DNA of 20,000 nt from an uncultured virus (IMG/VR IMGVR_UViG_3300034198_015519). Taxonomy: Duplodnaviria; Heunggongvirae; Uroviricota; Caudoviricetes. The notes under the pieces are model-generated. The model saw only the letters and a program-made list of their open reading frames with translations, had not been told where the DNA came from and made no database searches. The position numbers were made by a program, and so were the translations under genes. The first letter of the stretch is position 1. Each line of letters opens with the position of its first letter. The stretch covers positions 58,266 to 78,265 of the IMG/VR virus record IMGVR_UViG_3300034198_015519. One strand, 5' to 3'. Below, piece after piece: positions 1-8,820 of this stretch.

Positions 1-234
1 ACAACAGATGACCAAATAATTCAATTCAACAGTAACGTTAGCACTATACAATTGAATCAAGAACAACCATATGGTGTAATTTATAGAGGTCAATGTTCTT
101 CAACATTGACAGAACAACAACTTAATTCTTGGTGGGATTATGTTGATGAATTATTGGTTGAAAGACCGACAAGTAACTTCCATTCAATATGGAAAATAAT
201 TGATAATAATGAGACATACGGATACGATAATTAA
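1..234 (+). CDS. 3' end of a hypothetical protein (5'-truncated by the window edge)
   Basis: Frame 1 is open from base 1 to TAA at 232-234. The TTG at 52 is probably not the true start. The stop lies 3 nt before the next ATG. Confidence 0.7.
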   Translation, partial: TTDDQIIQFNSNVSTIQLNQEQPYGVIYRGQCSSTLTEQQLNSWWDYVDELLVERPTSNFHSIWKIIDNNETYGYDN

Positions 235-237
235 TAT

Positions 238-1926
238 ATGCCAAATACAATAAAATATTCAACAACAGGAGACACATTTTCATTAAAGAAAGGTAATTTC
301 TTTATTGGTACTGGTGATGTCGGTAAAGGCCCATCAAATGTTACAAAAACATACAATGGGGTTAGTCCTGTCGTTAGTGGGTATACTGTATATCAATATA
401 ATGCAAGTCAAGAAAGTAATATAAGTTTTTATTCGGCAAATAACGATGCGGAATTGATAACATTTACAAATAATTTAGCGGGACAAACATTTACGGGAAT
501 AACCCAATGCTTGAATTGGTATGCAACGCAAACAAATAATGTTTGTGTAAATAAGGATTATGAATCTATAGTCACAAATGGGTTGGTGTTAAATCTTGAC
601 GCAGGATTTACACCATCATATTCGAGATCGGGAACAACCTTGTATGATTTATCCTATAGTGGAAATAATGGTACACTAACTAATGGACCGACTTATAACC
701 CAACCAAAGGTGGATCAATCGTGTTTGATGGTGTTGATGATATAATTACAGTATCGGATAGTAATTCATTAGATATTGCAAACAACATATCGGTAGATTG
801 TTGGTTTTATCCCACCAGTTATAGGACAGATACTTACTCTATAAATTTTTTAAAGAAATATAACGGAACATTAGACGGTAATTTCCAATTATACTTTGCA
901 GGAACATATAGCCCAAATATAATAAGAGTATTAGCAACTAGAGGAGGTGTATGGGGAATTGTTTCTCCTGATAGTGGGGTTATTCCATTAAATCAATGGT
1001 GTAACGTAGTATGGACATATTCTAACGGAGGGAGACTTTATATTAATGGGGTTTCTCAGGGTAATCCTGTTGGTTCTGGTAATTTATCAACTAATACCTA
1101 TAATTTACAAATAGGTGATGACCTTATTGGTAATATTTCAACAACCAAAATCTACAATAGAGAAATATCCTCAACGGAAGTTTTACAAAACTACCAAGCA
1201 CAATTCCCAAGATTCTTGGGTGAAAACATAGTGACAAATGGATTGGTTAATTATTTGGATGCGGGATATGGTGTGTCATATCCCGGTACAGGTACAACTT
1301 GGAATAACATTAGTGGAGTGAGCGGAGGTACCGGAACATTAACAAATGGTCCAACATATAGTACAGATGGCGGAGGGTCTATAGTTTTTGATGGAGTTGA
1401 TGATTATGTCACAAACATAGGAACTACGTCAACATTTTCGTTCATACAAAATACGGGTATTTTTACAATCAGTGCCTGGGTTAAACTTAGTGATTTAACA
1501 ACCGCAAGATATTTTATGGGTAATAATGATGGAACTGCCGGTTCTAAAGGATTCTATTTAGGTCATTCTGCCACTTCTGGAAGATTGTGGTTGTCAATAA
1601 CGTATGGGACTTCAGGTCAATTTACTCTTAATCAAACTAAAAATAATTTTTTCACTGATAATAATTGGGTGCTTGTTACTTGTGTTGGGAATGGGACGAA
1701 TTGTCAATTTTATAAAAATGGAATTTCGTTTGATACCCCTAATAATTTTGGTACCTTTTCAACAGGAGATAGTGCAAGAGTTTTAGGTGTTGGCAGAATT
1801 AACAACACATCGGTGAGTAACTATTGGAGTGGTAATGTTGCGTTAACTCAGATTTATAATCGACCTCTAAGTAGTAATGAGGTTCTACAAAACTATAACG
1901 CTCAAAAATCAAGATTTGGATTATAA
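238..1926 (+). CDS. Tandem LamG/concanavalin A-like lectin domain protein, probable virion fibre or adhesin
   Basis: Two copies of IVTNGLVxxLDAG...SY...GTLTNGPTY...GGSIVFDGVDD...W...YxNG...IYNRxxSxxEVLQNYxAQ, preceded by a ~110 aa N-terminal segment; rich in T/G/N/S. Confidence 0.8.
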   Translation: MPNTIKYSTTGDTFSLKKGNFFIGTGDVGKGPSNVTKTYNGVSPVVSGYTVYQYNASQESNISFYSANNDAELITFTNNLAGQTFTGITQCLNWYATQTNNVCVNKDYESIVTNGLVLNLDAGFTPSYSRSGTTLYDLSYSGNNGTLTNGPTYNPTKGGSIVFDGVDDIITVSDSNSLDIANNISVDCWFYPTSYRTDTYSINFLKKYNGTLDGNFQLYFAGTYSPNIIRVLATRGGVWGIVSPDSGVIPLNQWCNVVWTYSNGGRLYINGVSQGNPVGSGNLSTNTYNLQIGDDLIGNISTTKIYNREISSTEVLQNYQAQFPRFLGENIVTNGLVNYLDAGYGVSYPGTGTTWNNISGVSGGTGTLTNGPTYSTDGGGSIVFDGVDDYVTNIGTTSTFSFIQNTGIFTISAWVKLSDLTTARYFMGNNDGTAGSKGFYLGHSATSGRLWLSITYGTSGQFTLNQTKNNFFTDNNWVLVTCVGNGTNCQFYKNGISFDTPNNFGTFSTGDSARVLGVGRINNTSVSNYWSGNVALTQIYNRPLSSNEVLQNYNAQKSRFGL

Positions 1927-1939
1927 CTATTTATAAAAT

Positions 1940-2215
1940 ATGGAAACACAATTACAAGATTACGAAAACAGAGAATTCATGATATTTAACGTATCGGAAT
2001 TAGAACAGATTGACTTCGCACAAGTATTGGAGACATCTGAAGAGACCGTTAGAAAATCGGTTGATGAAACAAAAACATTCGTTAAGTGGGACGGTGTAAT
2101 GCCGGAATGTGTATCTAATCTAACTACAAAAGACGGTCCTTACACTTATGAGGAAATATTGGTTATTTTGGCAACATCAGAATGGACAGACCCTAATCCA
2201 CCAATGGGGGGTTAA
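1940..2215 (+). CDS. Small acidic hypothetical protein downstream of the LamG gene
   Basis: 91 aa ORF with ATG, preceded by TATTTATA at 1928-1935. Confidence 0.75.
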   Translation: METQLQDYENREFMIFNVSELEQIDFAQVLETSEETVRKSVDETKTFVKWDGVMPECVSNLTTKDGPYTYEEILVILATSEWTDPNPPMGG

Positions 2216-2323
2216 TTTAAAATTAAAATATTTATATGAAATTCATTAATGAATGTATTTTTTTAAGCATATAGTATATTTATATGTAAAAGATAATAAA
2301 AACAATAAAAATAAAACTAAATT

Positions 2324-2812
2324 ATGAAAAAAATTATTAGACTAACGGAATCAGATTTAACAAGAATCGTTAAACGAGTTATCGAAGAACAAAAAACACA
2401 ACCTATCGTTGATGCTGGATATAGCCGAGACATGCAAGGTTACGCTATTGCGTTATCACAACCAACAGTAGCTCCTGGTTCTGGACACAGAGGTGTTGCT
2501 ACAGCACAAGTTAAATTCAACGGTATGAGAATTAAAAATAATGGTGAAGTTGTAGTTAAAGGTGGTATCGTACTTTACGCTGGATGTGGAAAAGAGATTG
2601 ATGGTGTAAGTCAAAACCCTGCTAACTTAAGCCCAAGAAGTTCTGCTGACCTTTTTGAAGGTGGTAGTACATACGTATTCTCAAAAGGTGGTGCTATTGA
2701 TAAAGCGGTAAGAGCGTACTGTGATTCAAAAGGACAACCAAGTTCTCCATCTGCAGGATCACCTATGAATGTTGTTGCTGGAGCAAAAGAAGCAATGGCT
2801 TTAGTAAAATAA
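2324..2812 (+). CDS. Hypothetical protein with MKKIIRLTESDLTRIVKRVIEEQ leader, candidate head-internal protein
   Basis: 162 aa ORF, A-rich leader, TATTTATA at 2277-2284, terminator downstream. This N-terminal helix motif is one I recognise from large-phage proteins. Confidence 0.75.
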   Translation: MKKIIRLTESDLTRIVKRVIEEQKTQPIVDAGYSRDMQGYAIALSQPTVAPGSGHRGVATAQVKFNGMRIKNNGEVVVKGGIVLYAGCGKEIDGVSQNPANLSPRSSADLFEGGSTYVFSKGGAIDKAVRAYCDSKGQPSSPSAGSPMNVVAGAKEAMALVK

Positions 2813-2831
2813 GTTAAAATTTTAAATAAAT

Positions 2832-2860
2832 AAAAAAACCCTCCATAAGAGGGTTTTTTT
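2832..2860. terminator. Bidirectional intrinsic terminator
   Basis: AAAAAAACCCTC-CATAA-GAGGGTTTTTTT perfect inverted repeat between convergent genes 2324..2812 and 2865..3308. Confidence 0.85.
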
Positions 2861-2864
2861 ATTT

Positions 2865-3308
2865 CTATTTGTTAAAGACTGCTGCGTATGTCTTATTAGA
2901 CTCTTTAAAGACAACTACCAAATCAACATCTGTTGTGGTAACTTTATTGATAACCAAAGTCATTTTACCAAAGTCCTCAGTATTAACATCGAATTTGATG
3001 AACTTTGGTGTTTCAACTAAGTTTGTGATTGTACTCACATCTTCTTTACGGTCTTCAGTTCCGTTCTCCAAAGATACGTAGTTGTGTGTGAAAGTTTTAG
3101 TTTCCAAATTAATGGTGTAGTGATTGAAACCGTTTGAAGAAAAGGTAGTACCAAGATTTTTACCTTTTAACACATCTTCAGACTTCATGTTTTTACCTGT
3201 AATGTCGTAGTAGTCAAACCCGTATACACTAAAAAAGTTGTATTGTTTTTGTGCATTTAATGAAAGTGAGAATAAAAAGACGAATGTTGCAACGATTAAA
3301 TTTTTCAT
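2865..3308 (-). CDS. Exported hypothetical protein with Sec signal peptide
   Basis: MKNLIVATFVFLFSLSLNA|Q: basic n-region, hydrophobic h-region, LNA cleavage site followed by Gln, typical of Bacteroidota exported proteins. Confidence 0.75.
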   Translation of the reverse strand: MKNLIVATFVFLFSLSLNAQKQYNFFSVYGFDYYDITGKNMKSEDVLKGKNLGTTFSSNGFNHYTINLETKTFTHNYVSLENGTEDRKEDVSTITNLVETPKFIKFDVNTEDFGKMTLVINKVTTTDVDLVVVFKESNKTYAAVFNK

Positions 3309-3346
3309 ATACTTTTTTTTTAAAGGGTTTATAAATGATTACACTA

Positions 3347-3377
3347 CAAAGATATTGTTTTTATTTAGATTTCCAAA
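3347..3377 (-). promoter_or_regulatory. Bacteroidota-type housekeeping promoter (-33 TTTG / -7 TAnnTTTG)
   Basis: Minus strand reads TTTG (3377-3374), 19-nt spacer, TATCTTTG (3354-3347), about 40 nt upstream of the ATG at 3308. Confidence 0.65.
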
Positions 3378-3406
3378 GGTTTTTAAAAATATATTTGTTT
3401 TTTTTT

Positions 3407-3439
3407 AAAAAAATAAAACCCCATCCGAAGATGAGGTTT
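3407..3439 (-). terminator. Intrinsic terminator of the tmRNA gene
   Basis: Minus strand AAACCTCATC-TTCG-GATGGGGTTT followed by TATTTTTTT; c(UUCG)g tetraloop hairpin starting 5 nt after the CCA end. Confidence 0.8.
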
Positions 3440-3444
3440 AAAAT

Positions 3445-3842
3445 TGGTGGAGGTGCGGGGACTCGAACCCCGGTCCAGCCTATCCTGTCAGATAAGGACT
3501 ACACGTTTAGGTCAAGGTTTGTCATACCTTCCGAAATATCTGAGTTTTCACACCGCTCAGCGACGGTGGTAGTTCTTACGGGGAACCACACCCGTTTTTG
3601 TTTCTTTTTGGGTAGAAACCACACCTTAAAGACTTCTGTTGCTAGGTTATGTGTCCACCGACCCCCCGTTGCCGTACTTAAATTAAGCTACAGTAACTTC
3701 TTGAGTTGAGATAAGTCCCAAAGTCTCAAGGTTGTTCAAAACGTTGCCGTCTAAAAAAATAAACCAGTTTTTAAGGAGATTAGTTCAGTCCCCACGTGCC
3801 CTTATTCCTCAGCCAATACCTGTCAAATCCAAAAACACCCCC
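3445..3842 (-). ncRNA. ssrA: tmRNA (transfer-messenger RNA), one-piece, 398 nt
   Basis: 5' end GGGGGTGTTTTTGGATTTGAC; 3' end GGAC-CGGGG-TTCGAGT-CCCCG-CACCTCC-A-CCA. 7-bp acceptor stem with the G3:U alanine identity pair, encoded CCA, helix-2 pairings (ATAAGGGC/GTCCTTAT, CACG/CGTG) and an internal tag ORF. Confidence 0.95.
3683..3748 (-). other. tmRNA tag reading frame: (A)GNVLNNLETLGLISTQEVTVA*
   Basis: TAGAC resume-context motif followed by GGC AAC ... GTA GCT TAA; 21 sense codons. The resume codon is inferred from position and context. Confidence 0.75.
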
Positions 3843-3908
3843 ATACTTTCAAAGAACTATTGTAAAGATAGTATAAAACTTTATATTAAACAATATATTT
3901 ATAAATAT

Positions 3909-5045
3909 ATGAAAAAAATTTTAAGGATTTTTGAACAAGAAGAAGAAGAGTTAAACGACTTTCAAAAAATTCTTGCACTTAATAAAAGAAAAATAAGCCC
4001 TAGTGAAGTTGAGTTTTATAATTCTGAAGGTAACGATTTTAGCAATATAATCACTGTAGAACAAGACGGTTTAATGTTTACTTTTGATGGGTTAGAGGAG
4101 TATTTAAGATTCTTTTTTCCTGATTATTATTCTGAAGAAAATACTGATGGATATTATGAAGCGGGTTATTACGATTCTATGTACCGTGGAAATTGGACTT
4201 GGGATTTTGATGATAGATCTTATGATGACTGGAGAGAGGGTATTATTGTTGAAGCTTTAAACTCAGACCATTTACAAATTATTTACGATGTTGCAAAAAT
4301 TATTCAACCAGGTCTTTTAAAATCTTTTGATGTGGGTAATGATAAAAAATTAAAAATAAATAACCCTGAAAATGTGTGCTCATTTTTAGAACAGGTGGAT
4401 AATAGAATATCTGATGATTTAACGGGTACTTGGGTAGATGCTAGTGTTGCTGCGGTTGATGGTGAAGTTGGAAAATATATTGAGGATACTTATTGTAATT
4501 GTTTAACCCCTGTTGGTATTGAAAGGTATTCTGAAAAGTATTGTTTTTGGAAATATAAATTACATTGGGGAGATGCGATTATGTTATATCCTCGTTTTGG
4601 TACTGAAGAAGACAATCTTCTTGATTTATTATTTATGGCAATTGAAAAAGAACCCATATCCCACTTACCTGAATATTATGAAATACAATATAATATTTGG
4701 AATAATGAAGAGTTTGATGCTTCGTTTATCCACAACGCCGATAACGATTTAGAAAACTTTAGAGACAGAGTACTTGAGGATGCTAATGATGAGACTATGA
4801 AAAAATATTTTTCGATAATTGATAAAATTAACTCAACAATCGGATTTGACCAGTATGTTAAAATACCAAATAGTGATGTTACACTAATGGTTAAAAGTGT
4901 TGATAAAGAAACCCTAAAAGTGAAATACGCACTTACTAACAGAAAAACATATATTACCAAATACGGAGAGTCTTATACTGACGATATCCTAAATATGGTT
5001 TACAACGAAAGTTTATTTAACCCAATGGATTATAGAAAAAATTAA
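3909..5045 (+). CDS. Acidic hypothetical protein, 378 aa (start corrected to ATG 3909)
   Basis: The ORF-track start at 3732 overlaps the tmRNA antisense. In-frame ATG 3909 follows TATTTATAAATA (3896-3907) and gives MKKILRIFEQEEE. Confidence 0.75.
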   Translation: MKKILRIFEQEEEELNDFQKILALNKRKISPSEVEFYNSEGNDFSNIITVEQDGLMFTFDGLEEYLRFFFPDYYSEENTDGYYEAGYYDSMYRGNWTWDFDDRSYDDWREGIIVEALNSDHLQIIYDVAKIIQPGLLKSFDVGNDKKLKINNPENVCSFLEQVDNRISDDLTGTWVDASVAAVDGEVGKYIEDTYCNCLTPVGIERYSEKYCFWKYKLHWGDAIMLYPRFGTEEDNLLDLLFMAIEKEPISHLPEYYEIQYNIWNNEEFDASFIHNADNDLENFRDRVLEDANDETMKKYFSIIDKINSTIGFDQYVKIPNSDVTLMVKSVDKETLKVKYALTNRKTYITKYGESYTDDILNMVYNESLFNPMDYRKN

Positions 5046-6088
5046 TATTTTTTAAGTAATCTTTCTTTAATTATTTCATATAAGTAAACTAAATCGTCGT
5101 CATTTATAAACATGACATTATTGTCAAACGGATCCATAATTGTTATTCCGTCTTTATTTTCCTCAACGTCAAGAGTCTCCAACTGGTGAAAAAACACATC
5201 ATCTTCGTCTTCTTCGACTTCATCATCAAAAAGAGTGTTAAAAATTGTGTTTTTTGTGTAAACGATAGGTTTGTATTCGTATTGGTATTTATTTAATCCC
5301 AAGATGAATACCATATTTTTACCAGCCTCGATAGCACGTTCTACATCATCAATAGAAATAAATTCTTCTTTTGTGTGCATGTTGTAGTAACCACAAGACA
5401 TGTTAATACAAGAAACGTCAACCTTTTTCTTTAATTGTGAAACGTCAGTATAAGGGTGAGATTGAACCAACATTTCATTTCCAAAAGCATTTTCAATAAC
5501 TGAAATACTTTTTTCAAAGAATTCACTATCACGTTCAAACAAACGAACCCCCGAGCAAATCTCGGTAATTAAGTGATTACCAGGAGCATCGTATTGCGTG
5601 ATATAACCAACATCTTCTAAAAATGAAACGTCACATTTTGAAGACCCGTGGCAACCGGTTTCTTCAGATACGAATAAACCAACTTTTACTTTATCTAATT
5701 GTTTAAGTAATTCTAAACAAATGAAAATTCCACATTTATCATCACCACCGATACCTGTAGGATTACCTTCTTCGTCATATGCCTTCAATACATCTACTAA
5801 TGTATCGTCAAACGTTTTACCAAACGTATTTGGTCGTTTAAGTTTTTCCTCTTTAACAATGATTTTATCAATCTTTGTGTGTACGGTATCGGTATGAGCA
5901 ACGAACATAGGATAAAATTCACCTTCTTCTAACACACCTTTAGTTGCGTAGATATTCATCATATCATCACGATAAAAGGTAACCCCCTCAATGGACTCTA
6001 ATTCATCACAAATGAACCCAACCATATCTTCTTCTTGATATGTTTTTGACGGTACTGAAAGAAGTTCTTTAAATTTATCTATATTCAT
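5042..6088 (-). CDS. Clan MH co-catalytic zinc metallopeptidase (M20/M28/M42-like)
   Basis: Metal-ligand motifs in order: AHTDTV, GGDDKCG, EETGCHGS, YDAP, YYNMHT. Confidence 0.85.
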   Translation of the reverse strand: MNIDKFKELLSVPSKTYQEEDMVGFICDELESIEGVTFYRDDMMNIYATKGVLEEGEFYPMFVAHTDTVHTKIDKIIVKEEKLKRPNTFGKTFDDTLVDVLKAYDEEGNPTGIGGDDKCGIFICLELLKQLDKVKVGLFVSEETGCHGSSKCDVSFLEDVGYITQYDAPGNHLITEICSGVRLFERDSEFFEKSISVIENAFGNEMLVQSHPYTDVSQLKKKVDVSCINMSCGYYNMHTKEEFISIDDVERAIEAGKNMVFILGLNKYQYEYKPIVYTKNTIFNTLFDDEVEEDEDDVFFHQLETLDVEENKDGITIMDPFDNNVMFINDDDLVYLYEIIKERLLKKY

Positions 6089-6102
6089 AATATATGTTTC
6101 TA

Positions 6103-6110
6103 CAAATGTA
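6103..6110 (-). promoter_or_regulatory. Bacteroidota-type -7 element upstream of the peptidase
   Basis: Minus strand TACATTTG matches TAnnTTTG, 14 nt upstream of ATG 6088; no clear -33 TTTG at the proper spacing. Confidence 0.5.
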
Positions 6111-6138
6111 AGAAACTTTTTAACAATTAAAAAACTTT

Positions 6139-8181
6139 TTACTGTTTTGTTTTTCTTTTTGTTGGTTTTTTTATTTTAACGTCAGTTTTTTTATCCTTTT
6201 CATTATACGTTAAAACAAATGTTGATCCTTTTTCTGGATTATCCGTTAAAATCTTTTCTGTAATTGCGTCATCTACCCATTTTTGTACAGTACGTTTTAG
6301 TATACGTGCTCCAAACCTTGTATCAGTACCAACCTCAATCAAATGGTTTTTTAGACTATCTTCCACCTGTACTAAAAATTCAAGTTGTCCGATTCTCTCA
6401 TAAAACTTATTTAATTCTAATTCAACAATCTTCAATAAATCATCTTTATTTAAATCTTTAAAATAAACGATGTCATCAAAACGATTAATAAACTCAGGTG
6501 CGAACTTCTTAAATAATTCTTTTTCTAAAATTGATTTAACCTCATCGTCAGCTCTTTCAGTTTTTGTGTTTGTTGAAAACCCGACACCTGTACCAAATTC
6601 CTGTACGACACGAGTACCAACGTTAGATGTCATTAAGATTATACAATTTTTAAAGTTGATTTTTCTTCCATGTCCGTCGGTTAAAAACCCTTCATCTAAC
6701 ATTTGTAAAAATACGTTAAAGATTTCAGGATGTGCTTTTTCTATTTCATCTAAAAGAATAACAGAATAAGGTTTGTTTTTAATTTTATTTAAGAATGGTG
6801 ACCCATCCTCATACCCAACATAACCTGGAGATGTGCCTGTTAATTTTGACGTTGCAATCTTATCTGAAAATTCACTCATATCTAATCTGATAAGTGCATC
6901 TTCACTACCGAACATATGTTTAGCCAATTGTTTAGCCAATTCAGTTTTACCAACACCTGAATTACCAATTAATAAACCACTAAAGATTGGTTTTTTAGGG
7001 TCACTTAATCCCACTTTATTTCTTTGGATAGCTCTTGAAATCTTTGCTACCGCATCATCTTGACCAATTACTTTACTTGATAATGTTTCTCTTAAAGAAA
7101 TAAGTTGTTGTGTTTCGTCAGTTGTAATTTTATTGATTGGAATTTTAGTCATTAATGAAACAACATCATATACAACATCTTCAGTAACCACTCGTTTGTT
7201 TTGGTCTCTGTTTTTTTCAAAATCCTCTTTTTCTCTTGCTAAGTCGGCTAATATTTTTCGTTCTTTATCTCTAAGATTTGCAGCCTCCTCGTACTTTTGT
7301 TTATTAATAACATCTAACTTCTCTTCTTTTATTTTTTGAACTTGTAGTTTTAATTCTTCAATAATTTCAGGAAGTTTGATTTCCACTTGTGATCGAGCAC
7401 CAACCTCATCGATGATATCGAATGCTTTATCTGGAAATTCACGGTCAGTGATGTAACGGTCTGCTAAATCAACACATAGTTTTAAGATATCATCACTGTA
7501 AGATACTTTGTGGTGATTTTCATATCTGTCTTTTGATTGTTGTAAAATTTCTAAAGTTTCTTCTTTAGTTGCTGGGTCAACCATTACCTTTTGGAAACGT
7601 CTTTCTAACGCCCCATCCTTCTCAATATTTTTTCTATATTCTTCTAATGTTGTCGCTCCAATACATTGTAACTCACCACGAGAAAGAGCGGGTTTAAATA
7701 TGTTGGATGCGTCCATTGAGCCCGAAGCGTTACCAGCACCAATCATTGTGTGAATTTCATCAATAAAGATAATAATATCAGGGTTAGCATAAAGTTCTTC
7801 AATAATAACTTTCATTCTTTCCTCGAATTGACCACGGTATTTTGTTCCTGCAACAATTGATGTCATATCTAAAGACACTATTCGTTTACTTGATAAATTT
7901 TGTGGACAATCACCCTCAAATATTTTTTTAGCTAAACCCTCAACTATTGCCGTTTTACCACAACCAGGTTCACCTAAAATGATAGGATTATTTTTTTTAC
8001 GTCTTGATAGGATTTGAGCAATTCTATTAATTTCGTCATCGCGACCAATAACAGGATCAAGTTTACCTTCTTGTGCTTGTTTAATTAAATCCCTTGAAAA
8101 ATTATCTAATACGGGGGTTCTTGATGACCCGTCTTGATTTTTGTTTTTTGATTTTTCGTTATTGTCTAAAGTATCGTTCAT
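6139..8181 (-). CDS. clpC: ClpC-like Hsp100 AAA+ ATPase lacking the N-terminal Clp repeat domain
   Basis: NBD1: [30 protein letters not shown]-type middle domain ([12 protein letters not shown]). NBD2: [22 protein letters not shown]. ClpP-docking VGF loop and GARILKR. Confidence 0.88.
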   Translation of the reverse strand: MNDTLDNNEKSKNKNQDGSSRTPVLDNFSRDLIKQAQEGKLDPVIGRDDEINRIAQILSRRKKNNPIILGEPGCGKTAIVEGLAKKIFEGDCPQNLSSKRIVSLDMTSIVAGTKYRGQFEERMKVIIEELYANPDIIIFIDEIHTMIGAGNASGSMDASNIFKPALSRGELQCIGATTLEEYRKNIEKDGALERRFQKVMVDPATKEETLEILQQSKDRYENHHKVSYSDDILKLCVDLADRYITDREFPDKAFDIIDEVGARSQVEIKLPEIIEELKLQVQKIKEEKLDVINKQKYEEAANLRDKERKILADLAREKEDFEKNRDQNKRVVTEDVVYDVVSLMTKIPINKITTDETQQLISLRETLSSKVIGQDDAVAKISRAIQRNKVGLSDPKKPIFSGLLIGNSGVGKTELAKQLAKHMFGSEDALIRLDMSEFSDKIATSKLTGTSPGYVGYEDGSPFLNKIKNKPYSVILLDEIEKAHPEIFNVFLQMLDEGFLTDGHGRKINFKNCIILMTSNVGTRVVQEFGTGVGFSTNTKTERADDEVKSILEKELFKKFAPEFINRFDDIVYFKDLNKDDLLKIVELELNKFYERIGQLEFLVQVEDSLKNHLIEVGTDTRFGARILKRTVQKWVDDAITEKILTDNPEKGSTFVLTYNEKDKKTDVKIKKPTKRKTKQ

Positions 8182-8254
8182 ATGTTGTTTTTTTAAAAAT
8201 TAGTAATATTGAACCAAATAATCAATTGTTTGACGAATTATAGTATTTATTGAT

Positions 8255-8560
8255 ATGGATTCATGGAGAAAATTTGTAGACGCTTTGGAATTGACAAAAG
8301 ATTTAGAACAAGATTATTTTGACATGAGAAAAATATTCCAAAGAGAGGAATGGTCGGAGGAAGTTTTATTAAGTCCAAGTTATTTTCCTCAAGACTTATT
8401 AGTGTTGCACTCCAAATTTCAACCAAAAATGCGTGAGATTTTTCAAACAATTAAAGATTATGGGTTTAATGTTGACGGAAACGAAGTCCATTATTACATT
8501 ATGGATAAACTTAGTCATATAGATGACATAACTCCATTAAGAAAACCAAATGGCGATTAA
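8255..8560 (+). CDS. Hypothetical protein
   Basis: 101 aa ORF preceded by TATTTATT (8244-8251); overlaps the start of the next gene. Confidence 0.7.
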   Translation: MDSWRKFVDALELTKDLEQDYFDMRKIFQREEWSEEVLLSPSYFPQDLLVLHSKFQPKMREIFQTIKDYGFNVDGNEVHYYIMDKLSHIDDITPLRKPNGD

Positions 8561-8798
8561 AAGAACAACAATAGACGGAACAAAAATTATTTGTGAGATT
8601 GAATCAAGTAATTTGATTTTAACAGAATATGATTCTGAAACTAAAAAATTAATAACTCAATTTAAAAATGGTATGAGATATGAATATGAGGAGGTTCCTC
8701 ATAATATTTATGCTCAATTTAGGTTATCCGAATCACAAGGAAAATTCTTTAACACACAAATTTCTAAAGCCTACAAATACAAAAAATTGGATAATTAA
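8550..8798 (+). CDS. KTSC domain protein
   Basis: Pattern SSNL...YD....L...F.NG..YEY..VP..Y..F..SES.GKFFN..I...Y matches the KTSC family. Confidence 0.85.
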   Translation: MAIKRTTIDGTKIICEIESSNLILTEYDSETKKLITQFKNGMRYEYEEVPHNIYAQFRLSESQGKFFNTQISKAYKYKKLDN

Positions 8799-8820
8799 TA
8801 TCTTTTAGGTATTTATAGTT

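Noticed and set aside
238..1926. Diversity-generating retroelement target
   Set aside because: No reverse transcriptase and no template/variable repeat pair differing only at adenines in this window.
3445..3520. Stand-alone tRNA gene
   Set aside because: The T-arm and acceptor 3' strand pair with a 5' strand about 390 nt away and there is no anticodon arm, so this is tmRNA.
3335..3709. 124 aa + strand ORF
   Set aside because: It is the antisense shadow of the tmRNA, its terminator and a promoter region.
3667..3750. 9-bp direct repeat CGTTGCCGT at 3667-3675 and 3742-3750 around the tag ORF
   Set aside because: Too short to distinguish from chance or RNA structural constraint; no evidence of an insertion event.
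3732..3908. N-terminal extension of the 437 aa ORF
   Set aside because: It overlaps the tmRNA 5' half; ATG 3909 after the TATTTATA motif is a better start.
6264..7339. Short + strand ORFs inside the Clp gene, and similar nested or antisense ORFs elsewhere (1604, 2869, 4513, 4676, 8247, 10241, 10291, 10590, 11625, 13143, 14848, 15396, 16077, 17513, 18266, 18453, 18487)
   Set aside because: They overlap better-supported genes and have shadow-frame composition with no recognisable motifs.
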